A stretch of DNA of 63,529 nucleotides, filler included, from Octopus bimaculoides (Eukaryota): the NCBI RefSeq assembly GCF_001194135.2. It is 4 parts of 3 records of this genome, joined end to end, with 100 filler letters (N's around TTAATTAATTAA, not from the genome) between each part and the next. Parts side by side here need not be neighbours in the genome. Positions count along the whole stretch, not along the records: positions 1 to 19,818 come from NC_068983.1; positions 19,919 to 48,709 come from NC_068983.1; 2 more parts are not named here. One strand, 5' to 3'. Of this stretch, positions 11,004-21,790 are shown in pieces; position 1 is the first letter of the stretch, and each line of letters begins with the position of its first letter. Under the pieces are notes generated by a model. It searched no databases, was not told the origin of the DNA, and worked only from the letters and a program-made list of their open reading frames with translations. Made by a program: the position numbers and the translations under genes.

Positions 11004-12500
11004 TTTTTTTTTTTTAAAGAAATTTAAGGTAGCGAAGTGTGGCGGCCTCCGGAGACACCTCATCGATGGCGAACGCATTACTAACACCACCTTACCTATT
11101 TCTTCCGTCTTTTATCAACAAATAGTCTCTTTTATATAAAAAAAAATCTTGCATCTTACGTTTTATCAGTCAGTTGTTTTTTTCTGTTGCTACCAGGACA
11201 CTCCTCTGTGGGAAACACCTTCACAGTATTTTCCTTTTTCACCCTTTCCCTGGTCAATTCCTTTCTACGAGCATTGATTATCATCAAAGCGTCTTCTTCA
11301 CTGGACGAGGGCGGGAGGGGAGGTTGATGGTTGCATTGTTGTATTACTGGAGGGGTGGCACTGGGGTCGATGTCTGGAGGAGTAGCGTGAGAAATGGTGT
11401 TTGCAGAGCTAGAGAGGGATAAGGAGGTGCTAGGTGAGTGTGGGTTGGGAGTGGGGTGGTGTTCATCGTCAGGTTTATGGGTCTTTTTTCTTCTCTTTCT
11501 GTTCTTCCTTGTAACTGTTGTCCATTCCTTTTCTTCTCGCCTACTAGGTGCTTCACTGCATTCTGTCGCCAGCTTTGCTGCCATGACGTGTGGTTGCACG
11601 ACTTCTTCCCTTATGGCCTCTGTAACTTTCACGGGGAAGTAGAGGACATTCAGCTCTTATGTGGCCCTTCTGGCTACACTTAAAGCAGCGAGGCCTCCTG
11701 CCCTCCACCACAATCCTCAACCTTATTTCGCACACCAAAATGGTATCAGCAATATTGTCCAAATCTGAGGCAGCCCGGACAATTACCTCCACTCCAGTCC
11801 CTGCTCCAGCCAGTTCCGCGCTGGTATCTTGTTGTTTGGAGGATTGATATTCTTTCCTCCAAGCCAATAGTTATTGCAGGCACCAGCCAGACCACGTTCA
11901 GCTCTGGCGGGATTTCCTCCACTCTTACCTTGGCAACGCGCCTTCCAAGGTAAGTTGGTAGCAGTAATATTTCTTGTGTTTTTAGGACTGTCACAGAGTG
12001 CTGCCTGGTCCTTTCCTCTGAATGGAATTTCACTTCAACAAATGCATACTTGTTGCCCCTGGCCAGGTACTTAATATCTGGCCAGATGGGCCCCAAGCAT
12101 CTTTCAATTTGTTCTTTCTATGCTACTTAAATTCTTTTTTCTTTTAAAACATACGATTTGTATATTACAGTTTTCTCCTGTACATCTTTTGAAATTTCAT
12201 TAGGATGGGTCAGTTCAGTACATTCCCCTCCTTTTGCATCATATTTTGGTATTTTCTAACTTCTTATACTTCTGACGTTATGCCCTCCTTCGTAGTACCG
12301 GTTGCTGCCGCAAAATGGTTTTCTATGCTCTCTTCCATCTCGCACGACATCTCATCCTCCAAGCCCAATATCTTAATTCTTTATTCTGTATATTTCTCAT
12401 TTTGTCTTGCCCGCTTATGCTCTGATGTTTTGCGAATTTTTTTTTTCTGGAGAACATTATTTTTCTTTGTGGTTGGGTCGTTGATGACCTCTTTCTAGCA
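11004..12500 (-). mobile_element. Decayed LINE ORF1/gag-like element ending in poly(A), no ORF2 (HAL1-like)
   Basis: Frameshifted - strand ORFs with a CCHC knuckle (CFKCSQKGHIRAECP), an upstream RRM-like segment (YAFVEVKFHSEE...KVRVEEIPP), a basic tail (EWTTVTRKNRKRRKK), a short 3' UTR, then T12 at 11004-11015 on +. 5' boundary approximate. Confidence 0.7.
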
Positions 12501-12771
12501 TATAGGATATCCACTTAGTGGTCATCCCTTCTTATACACATGTAATACAATTTTTCTGAATTTTCAGATTTTTCATATGCTAGGCCACTTGGATTTAAAT
12601 TGAATTAATAGATTTAACATGTTATCTCAGCTAAAAAGCTGTAAAATGAGGTAACCGATATACTTGGATCATGATTTTGAATTCTGGCTAGTGCCTTCAT
12701 ATGTATGTATGTATGTATATGTATACACACATACATACAGCCAGTGAAACAGACGAACTGGTTAAAAAATT

Positions 12772-14357
12772 GGGTACTTTTTGGTTATCTCACCCCATTA
12801 AAAAATTGCCATTAAAAAATTGGGTTCTCTCCCCACTAAAACATTGAGCTTATGTGACAAGAGACTGGATTAAAAGATTTAGATCCTTTTGATTCAACAC
12901 TTCAACACATTGTTGATGCTTGGCCTCCTCAATAGGCATGCTATGATTTGTTATAAAAATGTTATCAGAATGGCGTAGGAGTGGCTGTGTGGCAAGTAGC
13001 TTGCTTACGAATCACATGATTCCGAGTTCAGTCCCACTGCGTGGCACCTTGGGCAAGTGTCTTCTACTATAGCATCGGGCCAACCAAAGCCTTGTGAGTG
13101 GATTTGGTGGACGGAAACTGAAAGAAGCCCGTCGTATATATGTATGTGTGTGTGTGTGTGCGTGTGTGTGTGTGTCTGTGTTTGTCACCCCAACATCGCT
13201 TGACAACCGATGCTGGTGTGTTTACGTCCTCGTAACTTAGCGGTTCGGCAAAAGAGACCGATAGAATAAGTACTAGGCTTACAAAGAATAAGTCTTGGGG
13301 TCGATTTGCTTGACTAAAGGCGGTGCTCCAGCATGGAGTAAAAGAGTAAAGAGATTCAGTAAGATGTTTAATTTTTTCAGTTTTCATATTTATTAATTTT
13401 TTTCAGTTTTTTTTTTATTGAGGGTTAAACAATTTNNNNNNNNNNGATAACTAAAGTTTACCGAGATTGAATTAAAAGAGTTAGATCCTTTTGATTCAGT
13501 ACTTCAACACATTGTTAGCGTTTGGCCTCCTCAATAGGCAGGGTATGATTTGTTATAAAAATGCTTAATTTTTTTCAATTTTCATGTTTACTAATTTTTT
13601 CAATTTTCATGTTTACTAATTTTTTCAGTTTTCATATTTATTAATTTTTTTCAGTTTTTTTTTTATTGAGGGTTAAACAATTTTTTTAGTTGAGGGTGAT
13701 GACCAAAAGTATCGATATTTCTTGTAAAACGGGGAAGATAACCCAATTTTAAAGGGGGTGAGATAACCACATTAACTCGATTTTAGTGGGGAGATTTTTT
13801 ATTTGATACTTGTCATATTGTGTGTCCAGCAAGTAAGAGACAAATTGCACCGATACCAACCAATCAGAGTAGTGGATACAACGGGATCCAAATAGCGGCC
13901 AAAGGCTAGCTGTTCCTTGCACAAATATATAATAAAGGGAATGAGAAATTTCACCAGAAACTACGCTACATTATGAATCTTTTACGTCTAGGCAAAATTC
14001 GAAAAGCTGAAACATCCAATGTTACTTTCTTTCAAGGAATTCTTCGGCAAGAAAGAAAATGCAACAACGGTCAGTTTATGAATTTCTCAATTGGAAGTCT
14101 AAATAGATGGCGATGTAGAATTCGTGGATGCAGACAGGAAGAAGGACTAAGAACAGAAAATTGGTTTGCTAATTCACGTTTATCTTTTCGTAAAGCAGCA
14201 CTTTTTATATATTGCTGGGCACACGTCATGACAAGTATCAAATTTTGTGAACGTGAGCTTGAAATGAAAGCCAATTGCGTTGTTGACTGGAATAACTATT
14301 TGAGAGAAGCTTGTGCTGCACGCATTTTGGCTAACCCATGAGTTATCGGAGGACCCA

Positions 14358-14405
<48 letters not shown>

Positions 14406-15095
14406 NNNNNNNNNNNNNNNNNNNNNNNNNNNNNNNNNNNNNNNNNNNNNNNNNNNNNNNNNNNNNNNNNNNNNNNNNNNNNNNNNNNNNNNNNNNNNNN
14501 NNNNNNNNNNNNNNNNNNNNNNNNNNNNNNNNNNNNNNNNNNNNNNNNNNNNNNNNNNNNNNNNNNNNNNNNNNNNNNNNNNNNNNNNNNNNNNNNNNNN
14601 NNNNNNNNNNNNNNNNNNNNNNNNNNNNNNNNNNNNNNNNNNNNNNNNNNNNNNNNNNNNNNNNNNNNNNNNNNNNNNNNNNNNNNNNNNNNNNNNNNNN
14701 NNNNNNNNNNNNNNNNNNNNNNNNNNNNNNNNNNNNNNNNNNNNNNNNNNNNNNNNNNNNNNNNNNNNNNNNNNNNNNNNNNNNNNNNNNNNNNNNNNNN
14801 NNNNNNNNNNNNNNNNNNNNNNNNNNNNNNNNNNNNNNNNNNNNNNNNNNNNNNNNNNNNNNNNNNNNNNNNNNTACAACAAATCTTTAAAATTGCGATG
14901 TTTGTTTTATATTATGAAGATAGTATTTATATTAGTTCTTAAAATGTCCTAAATTAATCTCAAGAAAAATTAATAAGATAAGACTTATATGAAGCTCACC
15001 GGTTTTTATATATGGGAGGTAACCCAAGATTTTAGTGAGGAGATAACTCCATTTTTTAATGGCAATGTTTTAATGGGGGTGAGAGTAACGTGTTT
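12772..15095 (+). mobile_element. Composite Merlin (IS1016/IS1595-like) DNA transposon relic with long sub-repeated TIRs, containing a SINE and (TG)n
   Basis: ORF 13973-14341 plus continuation: WRC...C....R..NWF..SRLSF...LFIYCW......C...VVDWNNYLREAC, then IGGPN. 12782-12850 is the inverse of about 15015-15090 (ggttatctcacccccattaaaa..ttgccattaaaaaat). Confidence 0.8.
12972..13353 (+). mobile_element. tRNA-derived SINE family A, near full-length (head, (TG)n linker, tail)
   Basis: Pol III A/B boxes, internal microsatellite, conserved tail ending in agtaaaagagtaaagag. Confidence 0.92.
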
Positions 15096-16034
15096 TTTTT
15101 TTGTTTTTTTTTTCTCGGCCACTTGTTTGCTTTATGCACTAATAGTCAAATAATCAAATTTCAGAATCAAGAATTTTTCATACTTTTCGTTTGTTTAAAA
15201 TTATAAAATTGTAGGCTATTGAAATTTTAATTTATTTTGAAACAAATGCTTTACACAAACAATTTTATGTTGAAATTAAACACAATACTTCAAGAAAGTA
15301 CCAGGCGAGCCGCAAGATAAAAGTCTGCGGGCCGTATGCTGCTCGCGGGCCTCAGGTTGGCTAGCCCTCATCTAAAGGAAACGGCATTATAGCTGTCGTT
15401 TGTTCTAACGCCTTTGGTACACAATCTACCAAAAGGATTAAACTGAGTCAACAACAAACGCAAACTGTAACGATCATGTCACCAGTTTGTTACGGTTAAA
15501 TGCAACAGGTAAAGTGCATCGTACAAAAAAAAACAAAGAGTAAACTGGATTAAGAAATATATAATGTGGGAAAGTAGTAAACTGGATTAAGAAATATATA
15601 ATGTGGGAAAGTACTAAACACAAAAGGAACAAACGAAACAAAGACAAGTTATTACTAGCGTGTAATATGAGTCCTGGGGCTAAACAAGGCGGAAGATGTG
15701 ACAATCACATTCAGTCATTCGGTTAAAGTACAACTGTTCCATCATGATTAACTAGAGGGATACAAAAGCTACTAATGCTAGTAGTAGTAGTAGTAGTTTC
15801 TTTGTCAACGGATTCAAACTGGAAACTGGAAATCGGGTCATACAGACTATCTGAAGTAAATTACCTATTTGATTTTGTTGGAGTTAACCACTAATCGTCA
15901 ACATGAAAATATGTAAGTAGAGCTTTAGTCATTTAGTTTGTTTCCCTCGCGGGATCGTAGGCTGTCAGTTGGTTGTAATTGTGCCTTTGTATCAAACGGC
16001 CCAATCCAACTAAACGTAAATAAGGGCGGAAGTA

Positions 16035-16109
16035 AATACGTACACCCAGGTTAAGGTTAGGATTAGGGTTAGGGTTTTTGTGACGTCGAAAACGGATGGT
16101 GTACGTATT
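16035..16109. mobile_element. Short inverted-repeat element with a degenerate TTAGGG core (copy 1)
   Basis: aatacgtacacc (16035-16046) and ggtgtacgtatt (16098-16109) are perfect inverted repeats around ggttaaggttaggattagggttaggg. Confidence 0.7.
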
Positions 16110-16698
16110 CTGTACCTCCGACCAAATATTCAAGGCTTTTCTCAAGTTTAAAATGCAACATTATTTTTTGTTATCTGCATTCCACACACATAAATACATA
16201 AAACGGAACACGCTCGAACTAACGCACTCACACACACACACAGGCGAGCGCACACACACACACACACACACATACACACGCACGCACACACGCACGCACG
16301 CACACACACACACACACACACNNNNNNNNNNNNNNNNNNNNNNNNNNNNNNNNNNNNNNNNNNNNNNNNNNNNNNNNNNNNNNNNNNNNNNNNNNNNNNN
16401 NNNNNNNNNNNNNNNNNNNNNNNNNNNNNNNNNNNNNNNNNNNNNNNNNNNNNNNNNNNNNNNNNNNNNNNNNNNNNNNNNNNNNNNNNNNNNNNNNNNN
16501 NNNNNNNNNNNNNCATACACACACACACACACACACTCTTCCACTTCGACACGTCAAACTGAACAAGCTCGCTCACATGCACCCTGCCGCGCCGGCCTCT
16601 TCCACGTTCACGTTCAAAGTAAGTGACGAAAGATAATGGCAATTCTGAGACTCAAAACGATTGATTGCCAGATTATAATATTCCGTTGTGGCGAAAGT

Positions 16699-16851
16699 AA
16701 AGAATACGTACACCCGGTGTTTAGGGTTAGGGAAAGGGTTAGGGGTTAGGGTTAGGGAAAGGGTTAGGGTTAGGGTTAGGGAAAGGGTTAGGGGTTAGGG
16801 TTAGGGTTAGGGTATTTGTTACGCCGCAAACGGGTGGTGTACGTATTCTTT
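16699..16851. mobile_element. Same inverted-repeat element with an expanded TTAGGG-like array (copy 2)
   Basis: 16-bp perfect IR aaagaatacgtacacc / ggtgtacgtattcttt enclosing about 90 bp of TTAGGG/TTAGGGG/GAAAGGG units. Confidence 0.75.
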
Positions 16852-18686
16852 ACCCTCCGCCGCATATTTGTTCTTACCTGCTTCATTTATGTGCGTTGTA
16901 TACTTCAACAGATCTTGTTTGATTAACCTTAAAACTAATATAATCAATATCATATTTCTTTCTTTCGCATTTTCATTAATCAATAGTAAGCGTTAATTTA
17001 CATTTCTTCCTTTTCTCCATGCATGTTGCAATGTTTCGAGTCTTTGGTGGTTGAAAACTAAAGAAACACATGGATTATTATATCTAATACGGCTTTTTCC
17101 ACGTTGATCTCGTTTACTTCCTGAAAATTTACGGATTTTACATGCACAAATAAAGCAGGTAATAACAAATATGCGAAGCTTTTCTCAAGTTTAAAATGCG
17201 ACATTGTTTTTTGTTATCTATATTCCACGCACACTTTCATTGGATCCATATATATACATATAATAATATTATTAGGGACAAAATCCAAAATTACAGGTAA
17301 AAAACTCAATTAAAATCAATTTATAAAAAATTAAAATTAAATTGAGCCTTATAGATAAAGTATATATAAAATATATATAGTTTTAGGGAAATAACCAATT
17401 TTCAAGAACTCATCGATGAAAATCCACTATCACATATAGAAAAATTAATAATTAAAAGCACAATAAATGAGTATAATATAAAGTAAAGTAAATATCATAA
17501 GATAAATATAATAAAAAGATTACACGTGTTTCATAACCAATTTTCAAATAGANNNNNNNNNNNNNNNNNNNNNNNNNNNNNNNNNNNNNNNNNNNNNNNN
17601 NNNNNNNNNNNNNNNNNNNNNNNNNNNNNNNNNNNNNNNNNNNNNNNNNNNNNNNNNNNNNNNNNNNNNNNNNNNNNNNNNNNNNNNNNNNNNNNNNNNN
17701 NNNNNNNNNNNNNNNNNNNNNNNNNNNNNNNNNNNNNNNNNNNNNNNNNNNNNNNNNNNNNNNNNNNNNNNNNNNNNNNNNNNNNNNNNNNNNNNNNNNN
17801 NNNNNNNNNNNNNNNNNNNNNNNNNNNNNNNNNNNNNNNNNNNNNNNNNNNNNNNNNNNNNNNNNNNNNNNNNNNNNNNNNNNNNNNNNNNNNNNNNNNN
17901 NNNNNNNNNNNNNNNNNNNNNNNNNNNNNNNNNNNNNNNNNNNNNNNNNNNNNNNNNNNNNNNNNNNNNNNNNNNNNNNNNNNNNNNNNNNNNNNNNNNN
18001 NNNNNNNNNNNNNNNNNNNNNNNNNNNNNNNNNNNNNNNNNNNNNNNNNNNNNNNNNNNNNNNNNNNNNNNNNNNNNNNNNNNNNNNNNNNNNNNNNNNN
18101 NNNNNNNNNNNNNNNNNNNNNNNNNNNNNNNNNNNNNNNNNNNNNNNNNNNNNNNNNTATACAAAGTTTTGATTTTAAAATAACTTTAACGATATTATAA
18201 ACTATAAAGATTAATAATTAATCAAATAATATTAATCAAAAATAATCGAAAATATATCAACACTATTCCAATCGAAGTTCTAATATTATGTTGAAATGAA
18301 ACTATAACTTCTAAATAATATAGTGTTAAATAAGTTATCTATTAAAATAATCTATAAAGAACCAAATGAATAGTATAAAAACAAGAATACACACGTCCAT
18401 TTCATATATATATATAACTTCTTGCTTAGTGCGAGCCCAGTGCAATATCACATCTCCTCCACTTTTGCGGTATTACGTGTCAAAAGTGAAACAATAACAT
18501 CTCTCTATTCTAATGTCAGACAGTTTCACTTTAATACTGAAACTATCAAAGTGAAACTATTATATCACATATATACAAACACTGTCTGGTAACATAAAAT
18601 TTAACTATAAAAACACTGTCTGGTAACATAAAATTTAAACTGAAGCTAAAACTTATTAAAATATTCTTATTGTTTCTTCAACTTAC

Positions 18687-18761
18687 CGGAGAAGGGCTCC
18701 TGGCTCCTTTTACTGCAGACGAAGGAGTAAAAAACGAAGATATTTTGACTTGTCCGGGCAT
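18687..18761 (-). CDS. Candidate first coding exon with N-terminal PIP-box-like motif: MPGQVKISSFFTPSSAVKGARSPSP (UNG2/MSH6-like N-terminus)
   Basis: ATG at 18761, 25 codons, perfect phase-0 GTAAGT donor at 18686, Q-x-x-I-x-x-F-F motif. No catalytic-domain exons found downstream. Confidence 0.5.
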
Positions 18762-19818
18762 TGCAATTACAGACAAATTAACAATTCGACTCGAGAGGTA
18801 AACACAAACCACCTCGTGCCGACTGCAAAACTCCCGCCAAATTAGCCAGAAACACGCGCGCACGTCCATTTCATATATCTTCTTTCAATTTTTGCTCTCT
18901 GCAAATAAAATTTTTACGGATACAACTGCTTACAAAAATAGGGATTAATGTATAATTTCTTTCTATGTTCATAATTAAATCAATGTTTTCATGATTAGAC
19001 AGAGGTCCAATAGCATAGCTCTCACAAACAGACTACGTACAAATTCGTTTTTCAGGAGTTTTCAAACTACATAATAGGCAGAATTGTCGAATTAAGACAG
19101 TAGGGTGTTTTGAGGGAGATTTGGCTGCTGTTTCTACCAGGTCTACCAACCATGTAGAGGTCTGATCTTAATTTTCATTCACATATTTGCATTTCAAAAA
19201 TTAAACATAATCTTTTCTATAAATCAACTATCGTAAAAATTGTATATGATGACGTTTTCTATGTATGTGTGTGTGCCTTAAAAGACTTCAATCATCATGA
19301 CATACACCTTCAGTCACTCACTCAAACTCTCTTTCTCACCCTCTTTCTCTCTCACATGCACATGCGCAAGCACGCACGCACACACACACTCACGCACTCA
19401 CACACACACACGTCCATTTCATATATCTTTCAATTTCTGTTCTTTGCAAATAAAATTTTTTACGGATACAATTGCTTACAAAAGTAGGGATTAATGCATA
19501 ATTTCTTTCTATGTTCATAATTAAGTCAATGTTTTAATGATTAGAGAGAGGTACAATAGAATAGCTTTCAGAAACAGACAACGTACAAATTCGTTCTTCA
19601 CAATTCCTGAAGCTGTTTTCTGATAAGGAGGGGGGAGTCAGGAAAGTTTCATACAGCTGGAGGCCTCAATTGAAACAGGAGACCCAATATGATAAGGTTG
19701 AGAAACGCTGTTATAGATTATGCCTAACCGAAAAAAGATTATGGCCACATCATCCAAACAGACAGGGTGAAACCGGGCTTAGCTGCTAGTATATGTATAT
19801 ATATATATATATATATAT

Positions 19819-19918
19819 NNNNNNNNNNNNNNNNNNNNNNNNNNNNNNNNNNNNNNNNNNNNTTAATTAATTAANNNNNNNNNNNNNNNNNNNNNNNNNN
19901 NNNNNNNNNNNNNNNNNN
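19819..19918. other. Artificial 100-bp scaffold spacer (N44-TTAATTAATTAA-N44); also 48710-48809 and 58969-59068
   Basis: Three identical constructs; TTAATTAATTAA gives stops in all six frames. Confidence 0.93.
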
Positions 19919-19936
19919 TATATATATATATATATA

Positions 19937-20278
19937 AAAGAAGTAAATGGAGATTGGAAAGTTAATAATTGTTTATCATTAATAGCAAATTAATCATAAT
20001 CCCTTACAGCTGTTTCAATTAATACTTAGTAATTATTAAGTAAGTATTAAATTTATATGACCTAAGCAGACTCTGCTATAATTAATCCATAAACACATAT
20101 AAAACATTCAAGGGTATATATGTTTCTTTTTCCCCTCTGAATATATTATGCTCAGATCATATAAGTTTAATATTTACTGAGTATTAATTGAAACAGTTGT
20201 AAGGGATGATGATTAATTTGCTATTAATAATAAACAATTATTAACTTCCTAATCTCCATTTTCTTTTTCTTCTTTCAT
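19937..20278. mobile_element. MITE/foldback element with about 130-bp imperfect terminal inverted repeats, embedded in (TA)n
   Basis: atggagattggaaagttaataattgtttat...tatatgacctaagca is the inverse of tgctcagatcatata...ataaacaattattaacttcctaatctccat. Confidence 0.8.
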
Positions 20279-20293
20279 ATATATATATATTAT

Positions 20294-21790
20294 TATCATC
20301 ATCATCATCATTTTTAACATCCACTTTCGATGCTAGCATGGGTTGGACAATTTGACTGAGGACTGGTGAACCGGATGGCTACACCAGGCTCCAATATGAT
20401 TTGGCATAGTCTCTACAGCTGGATGCCCTTCNNNNNNNNNNTATGATTTGGCATAGTCTCTACAGCTGGATGCCCTTCCTAACGCCAACCACTCCGAGAG
20501 TGTAGTGAGTGCTTTTACGTGCCACCGGCACGAAGGCCAGTCAGATGGTACTGGAAACGGCCACGCTCAAAATGGTGTATTTTATGTGCTGCCTGCACTG
20601 GAGCCAGTCCAGCAGCACTGGCACGATCTCGCTCGAATGTCTTTATACATGCTACCAGTACAAGCGCCAGGAAGGCGATGCTGGGCACAGGTTCCATCAC
20701 GATTTCGCTTTTGTTTGCCCCAACAGGTCTTCGCAAGCCGAGTTTCGTGTCCTGCATAGGAGCCAGTCCAGTGGCACTGGCAACGATCTCACTCGAATGT
20801 CTTTACACGTGCCATCACAATTTCGTTTTCGCTTACCCCAACAGGTCTTCACAAGCCGAGTTTCATGTCCAATGAAGGAGACGATGTTGGCATGGGTGCC
20901 AGTCATCAAATTTTGTTCGATTTCGATTCCGATTTCACTTGCCTCAACAGGTCTTCGCAAGTGGAGTTTTGTGTCCAATGAAGGAAGGTACGCATAAGTG
21001 GGCTGGCTACACCTCTGGTGGAGGCCTTGGATTTAGGTCTCACTTGGCTTGCTGGGTCTTCTCACGCACAGCGTATTTCCAAAGGTCTCGGTCAGAAGTC
21101 ATCGCCTCAGTGAGGCCCAATGTTCGAAGGTCGTGCCTCACCACCTCATCCCAGGTCTTCCTGGGCCTACCTCTTCCACAGGTTCCCTCAACTGCTAGGG
21201 AGTGGCACTTTTTCACACAGCTATCGTCATCCATTCTCGCCACATGACCATACCAGCACAATCGTCTCTCTTGCACACCACAACTGATGCTTCTGAGGTT
21301 CAACTTTTCTCTCAAGGTTCTTACGCTCTGTCTAGTATGCACACCGACATTACACATCCATTGGAGCATACTGGCTTCATTCCTTGCGAGCCTACGCATG
21401 TCTTCAACCGTCACGGCCCATGTTTCACTGACATGAAGCATGGCTGTTCGTACACATGCATCATACAGTGTGCCTTTTACTCTGAGAGAGAGACCCTTTG
21501 TCACCAGCAGAGGTAAGAGCTCTCTGAACTTTGCCCAGGCTATTCTTATTCTAGCAGCTACACTTTCTGCACACCCTCCCCCACTTCAAACTTGGTCACC
21601 TAGATAGTGGAAGCTATCAACTACGTCTAGTTTTTCTCCCTGGAACGTGGCAGAAGTTGTTTTCTGTACATTCAGTGTTTATTGCTCCTGAACATCTGTT
21701 ACATACAAAAACTAACTTCCTAATTAACCTTTCTTTGATATTGTTGCACCTCTTATGTGTCCAAAGCTTGCACTTGGTGCATCTTTTAAA
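20294..21790 (-). mobile_element. 5'-truncated RTE/RTEX-type LINE: ORF2 C-terminus, long repetitive 3' UTR, (GAT)n tail
   Basis: ORF 21040-21504: LYDACVRTAML..SETWA, RRLCWYGHVARM, GRGRPRKTWDEVVRHDL, DRDLWK. Upstream degenerate CKLWTHKRC, VDSFHYLGDQ and KFRELLPLL. Tail reads atcatcatc on +. Confidence 0.9.

Noticed and set aside
19863-19874. TTAATTAATTAA islands as a recurring biological motif
   Set aside because: Each is centred in exactly 44+44 Ns, so it is a scaffolding linker.
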